Shown in pieces: positions 10,063 to 19,700 of a stretch of DNA of 64,000 nt (positions are counted from its first letter, which is position 1; the number at the start of each line of letters is the position of its first letter). The notes below the pieces were generated by a model, which searched no databases, was not told where the DNA came from, and saw only the letters and a list, made by a program, of their open reading frames with translations. Source of the stretch: a virus. The position numbers and the translations under genes are program-made. The stretch lies in the IMG/VR virus record IMGVR_UViG_3300032093_000021, positions 76,165 to 140,164 of that record; one strand, written 5' to 3'.

Positions 10063-11451
10063 TTATTTATTTGTTTTTTGAGATTCTCTCTCTTTTCTTC
10101 TTTCCAAGAGTTCCTTTACTCTTTCTTTGTTTTTTTCTTCTTTTTGTTCTTCGAAACCAAGGAATGTTACGGAGCTTTCTGTATCAATTTCCAATAGTTC
10201 ATTGTCAAACTTACAGTTCTCAAATACTATACCATCTGATCCAATTCTTGATTTGGTGATGGCAATTGTAGCCAATTTCATTTCTTTTTGTTGTAAAGTT
10301 TTTGCGACTGAAATGATAACGTGTCCTACTTGTGCTTTTTTAATAGATCCACCCATTTGGTCGGTGGTGACAACCTCAGAAGATATAGAGCTTCTGTTAC
10401 CCTGTGTTGCAGTCCATCCAACAAGATTGAGTTCGTGACACATAGCTTCAAATCCTCTCATAACAGATCCTTCACTTTTCCACTCATCACCCAAGTTCTT
10501 GTCCGGGACAATACAATCTATATAATCCAATACAACCATATCAACTTTTGTTCCTTCCGCCACCATCTTTCTTACCTGATTCTTAATCTGAGAAAGTGTC
10601 AAAGTGTCAGATGGTAATTTTTTTAATATGAGTTCATTGGGCATTTTTTCTTTTATATCAATCACCTTTTTCAATACCTCTTCTTTCTTATTTGACAACT
10701 CATCAGGAGAAATTCCGGTCCAAAGGGTGAAATGTTTTCTTTGAATGATCTTTAAGTTGTCCTCAAAGAATATCTGTAAAACATTGTATCCCAAATTGTA
10801 AGCGTGGTTCGCCATTTTAGTGAGTAAGGTTGATTTACCTACTCCGGTTGGAGCAAGTATTACACCTATTTCTCCTTTCGCCAGTCCTCCTTTTAATAAC
10901 TTGTCAATAGAAGGTATACCCATAGGTATTGGGTGTCTAAAATCGTCGTTTAATACCTCGTCAAGGTTATTAAAAACACTCTCAGTTCCCTTCTCTATCT
11001 CACCCACCTGAAGAGCACCTCTAACCATCTCTTCAAGAGCGTCATAATTCTCAAATTCACCCCCATCAATGATCTTTTGGGCCTTGGTTATTGCCTTCTG
11101 CAGTTCTTGCTGCTTACAGAATTTCAACGCTTTTTCCTGAACAAATGAAACACCCTCGAAAGGTGCTTCATTTATTTTTTTAAGTGTGTCAAGTATAATT
11201 TTGACTGCCAGATCTTGTTTGATTTCCGATTTTGTTATCTGTTCAATAGTGTCAAAAGAAGGACTTGATTCATACTTTTTGTGGTATTCTTTAATCATCT
11301 GAATGATGATTTTGAAATACTTGTTTTCAAAGTAATTTGGTTCTATAACATCTATTATTGAACGGGAAAAATCTTTATCTAATATGATCTGGTTAAGTAG
11401 TTGTATTTGAAAAGTGTCGCCTAAATAGTTAAAATTTTTGTCAGAATTCAT
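10063..11451 (-). CDS. dnaB: Replicative DnaB/gp41-type helicase
   Basis: IPMGIPSIDKLLKGGL, Walker A APTGVGKS, VVLDYID, WTATQGNR, KSRIG. Confidence 0.92.
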   Translation of the reverse strand: MNSDKNFNYLGDTFQIQLLNQIILDKDFSRSIIDVIEPNYFENKYFKIIIQMIKEYHKKYESSPSFDTIEQITKSEIKQDLAVKIILDTLKKINEAPFEGVSFVQEKALKFCKQQELQKAITKAQKIIDGGEFENYDALEEMVRGALQVGEIEKGTESVFNNLDEVLNDDFRHPIPMGIPSIDKLLKGGLAKGEIGVILAPTGVGKSTLLTKMANHAYNLGYNVLQIFFEDNLKIIQRKHFTLWTGISPDELSNKKEEVLKKVIDIKEKMPNELILKKLPSDTLTLSQIKNQVRKMVAEGTKVDMVVLDYIDCIVPDKNLGDEWKSEGSVMRGFEAMCHELNLVGWTATQGNRSSISSEVVTTDQMGGSIKKAQVGHVIISVAKTLQQKEMKLATIAITKSRIGSDGIVFENCKFDNELLEIDTESSVTFLGFEEQKEEKNKERVKELLERRKERESQKTNK

Positions 11452-11480
11452 ATGTATAGTCCGTTATAATTTAATAAATA

Positions 11481-11933
11481 TTACACCTCAAGCGGAAGTC
11501 CAAGGTAATCAAAAGTTAATTTTCTTTCGGAAAAAATGTCAGTTAGATCCCTTAATATACTTTTTAGGTACGGGCGGACATCTACAGTGTATCTTACCTT
11601 CGGCGGGTATAGTTTCGCGTCAAACTGTCTATGACAAATTGTCTCATTATCAATCTTAATATACATATTGAAGTTCTCCGGACCCTCAGTCATTGACGTG
11701 TTCATAATGGTTGGGTCTTGGATGATGTAATCCATATTGTCCAACATATACGTGGTTGTTTTCATCTTCAAACTATACTGAAGTTGGTTTTGAATACCAC
11801 TCATCAACTCATATAACTCCCAAGAGTTCTTAACCCGGTGGTTATAACCTTTCACGTTAAAAAATCTTTGGACAATGATGATGTCATTTAATGTCAACAA
11901 AAATTCCAATTTAATTGCGTCCTGTTCTTTCAT
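11481..11933 (-). CDS. Hypothetical protein in replication operon
   Basis: 150-aa ORF with a 4-nt overlap with the exonuclease gene. Confidence 0.8.
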   Translation of the reverse strand: MKEQDAIKLEFLLTLNDIIIVQRFFNVKGYNHRVKNSWELYELMSGIQNQLQYSLKMKTTTYMLDNMDYIIQDPTIMNTSMTEGPENFNMYIKIDNETICHRQFDAKLYPPKVRYTVDVRPYLKSILRDLTDIFSERKLTFDYLGLPLEV

Positions 11934-12940
11934 ACTTTTTTGTTTTTGTGTTTTGATTTTTCTTTTCTTGTTATTTTTAAAAATGGCTTTAAGAAGTTAA
12001 TCCAAGCGTCGTCTTGTTTTGGTAGATACTTAAACAATCCATCCTCCATCATCATCTTCATCAGGTTCTTATATCCTCTATCCTCCGGATCCAAACTATC
12101 TGAATAATAAGTTTGAACCATTTCTTTTGCCTGTTCTGTTAATAAAGGATTAGAGAGATCAATAATACTTTCATTTATCTGAAAGAATTCGTCACCATAA
12201 ATTCCGGATTTCGTCTTTCCGGTTAGAAGATTCTTGATTGCTGAGTTGTTTTTATCTTGTTCAAAAATTTGTTCCGCTCTTGTTAAAATATCGGAAATAG
12301 TTATCTTATCTTCAAGTATTTCGGGAAATAATTTTACTAAAGTTTTTTCACCCATATAGTATATACCATCTATATTGTCAGACCTGTCTCCTGATAGAAT
12401 CTTGAATGTTGAAACATTATAATGTGGAACTTCAACTTCTTTCATAGGGATTTTATCTCCAACCTTATAGGTTTTCTTTGTATTAGGTGAGTAGATTGAT
12501 ACTTTGTCGGATATCAGTTGTGTAAGGTCTCTGTCGGCTGAAAAGATGACCTTATTTTCGTCTTCAGAGATTGAACAGTAATATGCGATCATATCGTCTG
12601 CCTCGTTGCCATCAACGTCTAATTGCCTTATAAACACCTCCTCCAAATACTGTTTGATTCTTTGTTTCTGTCTTTCAAAAGACGCTAACTTATTTTCTTC
12701 TAATGGAGTTCTCCGGTTGAGTTTATATTGGGGGTAGATAAGTTTTCTTTTGGATGCGGACTCTTCACCATCCCAAAATACAACAACCTTATCAAAGTTT
12801 TGTTCCTCAACGAATTTTCTGATTGTATTTAGAAAGTGAAATATTCCACCAACGTGTTCCCCTTTATGGTAGAACTCTTTTACTCCGTGGAACCCTATTT
12901 TTAATAAATTATTTCCGTCAACTAATAATGTCTTGATCAC
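11930..12940 (-). CDS. 5'-3' exonuclease / flap endonuclease (T4 RNase H-like)
   Basis: LLVDGNNL, VVFWDG, YPQYKLNR, EADDMIA, SADRDLTQL, GDRSDNIDG. Confidence 0.92.
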   Translation of the reverse strand: MIKTLLVDGNNLLKIGFHGVKEFYHKGEHVGGIFHFLNTIRKFVEEQNFDKVVVFWDGEESASKRKLIYPQYKLNRRTPLEENKLASFERQKQRIKQYLEEVFIRQLDVDGNEADDMIAYYCSISEDENKVIFSADRDLTQLISDKVSIYSPNTKKTYKVGDKIPMKEVEVPHYNVSTFKILSGDRSDNIDGIYYMGEKTLVKLFPEILEDKITISDILTRAEQIFEQDKNNSAIKNLLTGKTKSGIYGDEFFQINESIIDLSNPLLTEQAKEMVQTYYSDSLDPEDRGYKNLMKMMMEDGLFKYLPKQDDAWINFLKPFLKITRKEKSKHKNKKV

Positions 12941-12972
12941 ACATCCTTGTTAAAAGATTAGAAAATGTTTTT

Positions 12973-13004
12973 ATAAGTATAATACAAAAATAACTTAAAT
13001 CAAA
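12973..13004 (-). promoter_or_regulatory. Bacteroidota-type sigma promoter variant TTTG-N19-TATACTTA
   Basis: Minus strand reads TTTG atttaagttatttttgtat TATACTTA upstream of the exonuclease gene. Confidence 0.6.
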
Positions 13005-13005
13005 T

Positions 13006-13031
13006 AAAAAACCCCTCACTAAGGAGGGGTT
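13006..13031 (-). terminator. Intrinsic terminator after recA/uvsX
   Basis: Minus strand AACCCCTC-cttagt-GAGGGGTT followed by a T-tract. Confidence 0.8.
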
Positions 13032-13035
13032 AATT

Positions 13036-14025
13036 TTATTCAGAAACTTCTTCAGATTCTTCAAGTTTAATTTCTCCGTCTCCGGATAAGATACCATTCC
13101 AATACTGAGAGTATTCTTTTTTGTATTTCTCCAAGGCATCTTTGTCGTCAGCAATATATCCCTGCGGAACCGCAATGATCTTACCATCTTTATAACCAAG
13201 ACCATTTACGTGGTTTTTAAGAATTGATACTTTAGTTCTGATGGCATAAGATACTGTTCTACCATTTTTGGTTGCGGTGATGTGATTAATACCCGCTTTC
13301 TTTTGGTTACCAAATAAGAACACCAATGATGACGCCAACCATATCGCCTCTCCACCTTTTGCTTTGATCTCAGGTTGTCCAAATGGATTGTCAGGAAGTT
13401 CAACCCAAGGCTGATTAACCACAACAAGAGTATTATAATATGGATAATCTTCTTTCTTAGATTTTGTTATTCTTGAGTGGATTCCCATACCGATCTTATC
13501 AGCAAGAACACTAGCATTATGTTGCTTACCTCCCTTTCCATCGTAAGTCATCTTACAAGGAATACTACCAATAGAATCCCAACAAATAAGAAGGTTATAT
13601 GGAACTTCTCCTTTTTCTTGTGCATCTAACAACTCATTAATGAAATCGGTTGCCTGTTCAATATAATCAAATGAATCATTGAATATAAAGTCACCATCCC
13701 ATTCTCCGTTTTCATTTTTTTGAGCTTTCAATCCGAGTTCAACTGCGTGTTCCCAACTCCATTTTCTTTCAGTGATAATGAATACCGGAAGATCTCCTCT
13801 TTTTTGAGCATCTGCCGCGGCTAAGATCATAGCTGTTGTCTTACTACTATTGGTATGCCCCAAGAACATATTCACCCCACCCATTACAGGTCCGGGTATA
13901 CCACAAGCATTATGAAACGCCTCACCACAATTGTAGTAGTTTGTTTCTTTGTATTTTGTTTTGGTTGAGAATTTGTCTTTTATACTACTAATCCCACCAA
14001 TATCTTTTTTCTTAATTCCTGCCAT
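13036..14025 (-). CDS. RecA/UvsX-like recombinase
   Basis: Divergent Walker A GHTNSSKTT, ITE, Walker B ICWDSIGS, VVVNQ, KGGEAI, KNHV. Confidence 0.85.
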   Translation of the reverse strand: MAGIKKKDIGGISSIKDKFSTKTKYKETNYYNCGEAFHNACGIPGPVMGGVNMFLGHTNSSKTTAMILAAADAQKRGDLPVFIITERKWSWEHAVELGLKAQKNENGEWDGDFIFNDSFDYIEQATDFINELLDAQEKGEVPYNLLICWDSIGSIPCKMTYDGKGGKQHNASVLADKIGMGIHSRITKSKKEDYPYYNTLVVVNQPWVELPDNPFGQPEIKAKGGEAIWLASSLVFLFGNQKKAGINHITATKNGRTVSYAIRTKVSILKNHVNGLGYKDGKIIAVPQGYIADDKDALEKYKKEYSQYWNGILSGDGEIKLEESEEVSE

Positions 14026-14028
14026 AAT

Positions 14029-14829
14029 TTATTTTTTATTTTCTTCTAAAAATTTATCTATCTCTGATTCAGTTAATGAGAGGTTTTTAATCTTTTCTTC
14101 AAAAAGTTTCATAAACTCATCTTCAAGTTCAATTGGTATATACTTTCTTTTGAGTTCCATTTTGATTGTTTGCCCATTTTCAGTATCAATTACCGGATTC
14201 ATATAAAATACCATTTTGTATTTTGGTTCTTCCATAACAACCGACAATGGTGGTGTATCTTGTTTTTTCCCATCAACATCATCAAAAAATCCTCTAACTA
14301 AAACTGCTCTTTCACCTTTAACCCTATAGTCTTCAGGGTTATCTAACACCTTATCAAGTAAATCGTGAAGGTGTTGTCTTAAAATCGCCTCTCCATTCGC
14401 CATTTGTAGATCTTGAGCCATTTCAGGACTGAACTCAATAAGAATTTTTTTCTTAGGTTCAAATGTTTTTGGATCATATAATGCGGGTGTTATTGCTGCA
14501 CCATCTTTAACAGGTTCGTGAAGTTTTTTAGGATCATACATTTCAGGTGTAAGAGCAAAAGACAGAATATATCCGTTCCCTTTGAACTTTGACACATCAG
14601 ATAATTTATATGTTGCTGCCGTTATCGTTCTACCTTCAAGTACAAAACTAGGAGAATTAATTATTTCAAGTGATGTTAATCCACTAAACTCCGGAAATTG
14701 TAATATCTTATCTTTGATTGGTTCCAAATCTTTTTTCCCATAAAGAGTATTATCAACCACACCAAAAGGTAAATGGTCTTTTTTATCATAGTTTTTTACT
14801 AACTCACTAATTAAATCTCTAATTTCCAT
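14029..14829 (-). CDS. Hypothetical protein
   Basis: 266-aa ORF with an internal duplicated TP.xYDP motif. Confidence 0.8.
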   Translation of the reverse strand: MEIRDLISELVKNYDKKDHLPFGVVDNTLYGKKDLEPIKDKILQFPEFSGLTSLEIINSPSFVLEGRTITAATYKLSDVSKFKGNGYILSFALTPEMYDPKKLHEPVKDGAAITPALYDPKTFEPKKKILIEFSPEMAQDLQMANGEAILRQHLHDLLDKVLDNPEDYRVKGERAVLVRGFFDDVDGKKQDTPPLSVVMEEPKYKMVFYMNPVIDTENGQTIKMELKRKYIPIELEDEFMKLFEEKIKNLSLTESEIDKFLEENKK

Positions 14830-14844
14830 AACATAATTTTAATG

Positions 14845-14873
14845 AAAAAAGGGTGAGGTTTTAACTCACCCTT
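14845..14873 (-). terminator. Intrinsic terminator after SSB
   Basis: AAGGGTGAG-7 nt loop-CTCACCCTT with a T-tract on the minus strand. Confidence 0.8.
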
Positions 14874-14888
14874 GGTTTAGTTCATAGA

Positions 14889-15737
14889 TTAGAACGGCAA
14901 TTCAGAATCTGGATCTTCGTCCTCCTGTGGATCAACAGTTTTCGGTTTGGAACTTTTGAAAGTTACTTCACCTTCTTCATCGTTACCATAGACATAACCA
15001 CCTTTGTCAGAATCCCATCTTGGTGTTTCGCCTCTTGCGATTGCTTCCAAATACTCGGTTGGTTTTTTGGAATAAACATCTCTCCAAGTGAGTTCGTCTT
15101 CCAACCAAAGTTTAGCAGTTTCTTTATCTTCAGATACCGGAGAAGGATCATCATACATTACAGTTTGAATTGTAGTGTATTCCTTACCTTTTGGAGTTTT
15201 TGCCTTTGTGAGTTCAATGATGAGATCTCTTCCTTTTTCAGGATCAGTGATATCACCCTTTGCTCTCCAAATAGGAATGATTTTATCTAAAACACCTTCG
15301 TTCTTATAATTGTGTTTGAATCTCCAAAACTTAACACCATCTTCAGGTTTATCTCTATCAATAACCTTAACGATGTAGAACTTTCTTGCCTTATATTGTT
15401 TAGCAAGTTCTTTGTCGGAATCTTTACCGGTGCCACTCAACTCTTCATAAACTTCGTTTAATGGAGATTTTTCGTTGTCGTTCTTTGCCGGATCGTAGAG
15501 TTTATTCCACTGACCACCAACCTGAACTTCGTGAAACCAAGCTTCAACAAATGGGGAACTACCGTCTTTTGTGGGGAGAATTCTAATTCTTTTTTGTGCG
15601 GATTTTTCGTTTTGAGTAAGTATTGCCGCGAAATACTTTTTCATTCTTTCCTCTTGAGTCATCTTACTTGACCCGGAAGAACCTGACTGTTTTGACTTTT
15701 CGTACTGAGCTAAGACAGAATCTAATGTAGACATCAT
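14889..15737 (-). CDS. Single-stranded DNA-binding protein (T4 gp32-like)
   Basis: IRILP...PF...WFH, VIDRD.PEDGVKFW, DITDPEKGRDLII and an acidic tail ending DSELPF. Confidence 0.88.
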   Translation of the reverse strand: MMSTLDSVLAQYEKSKQSGSSGSSKMTQEERMKKYFAAILTQNEKSAQKRIRILPTKDGSSPFVEAWFHEVQVGGQWNKLYDPAKNDNEKSPLNEVYEELSGTGKDSDKELAKQYKARKFYIVKVIDRDKPEDGVKFWRFKHNYKNEGVLDKIIPIWRAKGDITDPEKGRDLIIELTKAKTPKGKEYTTIQTVMYDDPSPVSEDKETAKLWLEDELTWRDVYSKKPTEYLEAIARGETPRWDSDKGGYVYGNDEEGEVTFKSSKPKTVDPQEDEDPDSELPF

Positions 15738-15772
15738 AAAATTTAATTTAATAAAAAAAGGTTTAATTACGA

Positions 15773-15806
15773 TATAAGTATAATCTAAATTAAACCTTTA
15801 GTCAAA
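15773..15806 (-). promoter_or_regulatory. Bacteroidota-type sigma promoter variant TTTG-N20-TATACTTA
   Basis: Minus strand reads TTTG actaaaggtttaatttagat TATACTTA upstream of ssb; the -7 box is identical to that of the exonuclease promoter. Confidence 0.6.
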
Positions 15807-16487
15807 TTAAATTCCAAAATTCTTATCCATGTCTACACTGAAGGAATCTCTAATATCCTTGTCGGAGAAGTTTTCTACCTCATCTGATGTAAGAACATAC
15901 TCATTTTTTCCTGACCTTTGAATATCTTGTTGTTTGTCGTCAAAGAAATCTGTCAATTTTTGATTAAAAGGTCCAGAATCTAAACTTCTAAGTTCTAATT
16001 TTTCTTGCGGAGTTTTTGGTCTATATCTTTCAACAGCTTGTTCCAATGAATTAATTTTATTGACTAAATTATCCATTTCAGCAAGTTTGGATTCAAGTTT
16101 TTGAAGTTGTCCAAATAACTCTTCAAAGTAAGAATCTTGTTTTTCTTTCATATCCTTCTGAGAAGTAACTAATTCGGTAATATCCAATTCCTCAGTATCT
16201 CCACCTTCCTTCTCTGACTCACCTTTATTGTCAACCTTTTCTACATCAGGATCATTTTCAACATCAACAACCTCAGTTCCTCCTGTTGTTGCCCCCTCAG
16301 CACCGGGAGCTGGCGCCGCACCTCCGGGTGGAGGGGGAGCTTCTCCTCCGGGCGGTGGAGGAACATCTCCTCCTGGCGGAGGGGGTATATCACCTCCGGG
16401 TGGTGGGGGAACATCTTGCTCATTTATATATTTATTGATTTTCTTAAATCTATAAATTTCTTCTATAATTTTTTTATCAATACTCAT
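15807..16487 (-). CDS. Proline-rich/coiled-coil protein, probable internal head or scaffold-type protein
   Basis: N-terminal IIEE/INEQ motifs, four (D/E)xPPPPGG repeats, an acidic region and a coiled coil. Confidence 0.75.
   Translation of the reverse strand: MSIDKKIIEEIYRFKKINKYINEQDVPPPPGGDIPPPPGGDVPPPPGGEAPPPPGGAAPAPGAEGATTGGTEVVDVENDPDVEKVDNKGESEKEGGDTEELDITELVTSQKDMKEKQDSYFEELFGQLQKLESKLAEMDNLVNKINSLEQAVERYRPKTPQEKLELRSLDSGPFNQKLTDFFDDKQQDIQRSGKNEYVLTSDEVENFSDKDIRDSFSVDMDKNFGI
16321..16414 (-). repeat. Four 24-nt in-frame repeats encoding DVPPPPGG/DIPPPPGG/DVPPPPGG/EAPPPPGG
   Basis: Visible in the translation and as a local GC-rich island. Confidence 0.85.
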
Positions 16488-16490
16488 TTT

Positions 16491-16715
16491 TTAATCATTT
16501 AAAAGTCGTTTAACCCCAGTAAGAGTCTCTACTTGAACCTTCTTATTTTTGTTGATCATATCGTCAACTCTTTCAATTAATCCGTCTTTCATTCTGACAG
16601 TATAACAATCTCCACTATCTAAATCACAAACTTGTTTAGTTCCATTTCCTAAATCTTTTTCAGTGGTTCTTGTGTTTTTACCAAGATAACTATCTAATAT
16701 TAATTTTACATTCAT
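16491..16715 (-). CDS. Small hypothetical protein
   Basis: Likely start MNVKLILD at 16715, 15 nt downstream of TATTTATA (16731-16738); contains CDLDSGDC. Confidence 0.75.
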   Translation of the reverse strand: MNVKLILDSYLGKNTRTTEKDLGNGTKQVCDLDSGDCYTVRMKDGLIERVDDMINKNKKVQVETLTGVKRLLND

Positions 16716-16781
16716 AAAATTTCGTTTACATATAAATATATCAGTAATAACAAATGTTACCATATAATAATACTAATAAAA

Positions 16782-19700
16782 CTAAGTATTATTATATGAC
16801 CTATTAATTGTTGCACCATTACTAAATTTTATCTTAAATTGAACTCCAGGTTTATCATATGAATCTACCGCAACTTGAGCTTCTGGTTTAGTGGGATCAC
16901 AAAAGTTAATGTCAGTATCCCATATTATTGATGTTTGGCTATTTGGTATGACTCCGAGTTCACATTTTTTATCATCTCCTGAACATCCGAAACCATCAAA
17001 AGATTTAGATAAGATAGTTACACCATTTGCACAAGTAGTGTTAAATTTAGTCAAAGATAAGGTTCCTATTTTAGTGTCTGTACCTCCACTACTTATTATG
17101 ACATCTGCACTAACGTTATTAGATAATTTCAATGTCCTATTAGTATTACCTCCCGGTGTTTTTGCCTCAGCCGTGAATATCAATTCATAATAAACATCTG
17201 AACCATTTAATCCTACCTTTCCAACACCTAGTTGACTAATAACAAAGTTATCATCAAATTCAGGTACACCATTTGGTGTAGGACTTGGTGTAGGACTTGG
17301 AGTTGAGCTTGGTTTAGGTGTTGAATATATATTTAGTGTTCTAGCTAATTTGTCCGCATCTTTCACTTTAGATAATAGCTGATCATACAAACTTTTATTG
17401 TTCTTCTTGAAGTCATCATAAAAAGCGTCCGGTTTTGGATCCTTATTCCAATTTAATATCCAAAGTTTTAGATAAGATTCGGGATTCGTCAAATCTACTT
17501 GCTTAGTAAAATGACTCCATCTTGCAGATGTCAACAAAATCATATTTTTTGAATTTTCAAATGAAGCATATGGTATACTTTTCTTTTCATTTGCAGGAAT
17601 CTGACAAGCATATTGGTTTTTAATTAATTTGGATGAACTTTCCCCATAATAGATTCCCAACTCAACACCCGAAAAATTGTTATTAAAGGAACCAAAGTTA
17701 CCACTTTTATCCCAAGAATATAAATAAATGGTGATGAATGTCATGATTCTTTTCTTTTGTGCCTCGTCATCATTTCCTGGAACCTCACTGATAATTTCTT
17801 TTGCCATATCACTTGAGTTCTTGACAGCTTGCGTATCCTGTGTTGTGATCGTATAATTAGAATATTTAGAATTCAATAATTTTTTACAATCATCTTTTGG
17901 ATCCAGTGTTTGTCCCCAAGATACGTTATACTCTACATATGAAGTTGACGCGGTTGACGCACTAGATGATTGTGTCGTTTTAACTTCTTTTCTTTGGAGT
18001 TTTTCTTTCAAGGATAGGTATAATTGCTTATACATAGCTTGTAGATAATTTTTGATTTCAGGGTAACTGAACATTTGTTGTCTGGTACCTTTGAAATCAG
18101 TATTGAATGATCCCGGACTTATTTTGTGACTTACTTCTGTTATCCAATATGGTCCCGTGAACATAGGAACGTGTTTCAAGTTAAAATACATCTCAGGTTG
18201 AATCATAGCATTACCCATAGAACTTACTGAACACGTATAAGCTCTTTTTGAATATAGGTCCCATAAGGAAACATTCTGTGAAGAAAAATCACCTCCGGAA
18301 TATTTTTTTATCAATCTTTCGTTTGCTAGAACAGATTCTAAAGTTTCTTTACCGGCATCCTGTCCAACACTGATACTTTTGAAAATATTCTGATTTCTTA
18401 TTCCTACATCAACATTGAACGCCACAACTTTGTTTGATAAAGCCCAATCTTTTTTATTTATCAAATCATCCAAAAGCGGAATCTCTGAAACTCTCCTAAA
18501 CTCAAAAGCGTCCGACTTAAATCCAACTTCTTTATTTTTGTTCATATCCAAATGTTCACCGGGAATTGTTCTAAGAATACACACCATTTTAGGCGATGTC
18601 TTTCTCAAATCAACATTCAAAAATGTTCCAAATATTTCATTACCAAACTCTAAAGTCCCCTCTATTTTTGGTACTGCATCTTTTTGTACCTCACTAACAC
18701 CATAGAAGTTTGCATAGGAGGATCTCATTGAAACATTGAAATTATGTTTTTCTAGGAGAGATGATAATATCCCCCAAATAGTTACAGATTGATTAGATAC
18801 AAAATCATTTATTACTTTTACTTTTATTACATCAAAGAAATGCTTGTCCCCTATATTCCTATTCGCCCTATCAAGTATTAAAACATCCTCCATGAGACAT
18901 TTTTGGTTGAAATCAAATCCCGCAATCCACCTATCATTCAAAGCTTTAAAACTATCCCACAAGCTTAATGGTAAAACTTCACTATTGATTGCCTGAGTTT
19001 TTAAAAAATCTTCTTTTGATTCAACCACATTTGGAAGATCGTTTTGTAAATTTTTGAAAACAAAATTTATTGTTAGATCCAAAAAGTTTTGTGTTCTTGT
19101 TATATATCCATTCAAATCGTTTGTGAAAGTTGACCAATTATAAGCCGGATTATTCTTCTTTTTGGTTGCATATATTTTTATTAATGGTGCAAGACTTTGA
19201 ACACTATCTTCGTTGAAGACAATATTTCCATCAATGAAAAAATCAGTTATATATGATCCTTGATTTGAATACCTCAGACCATCAACATTTGAAAACCCTA
19301 CGTATAATTCAAGTAATTTCCAAGTTTCGGGGTAAGCCGCTCTTGATTGTTGTAAAGTTGTCCCCCCGGGAGTTGGGAGAGATCCTGATACGTAAGCGTT
19401 AAATGTGTAGGGTTCTTCAATTGCATTCACAGTTGAAAAACTATCAAACAATCTTCTATCATAACCTCCGGGATTACCAATTTTCATTATCTCATCGTAT
19501 TCTAAAAATTGTTTGATGTTCGTAATAAATTTAGTGAATTGTGATTTCTGTATGTCACTAACGAATTGTTTTGATGTACTTGTTACAGGGGTATCAATTT
19601 TCAGTAGTTCTACCATCATCATTTGGAAATTCTTAAATTTCCCACTTGCATTTATACTTAATTTTGTAATATCTATAACACTAATTGTAGTATCACCAGA

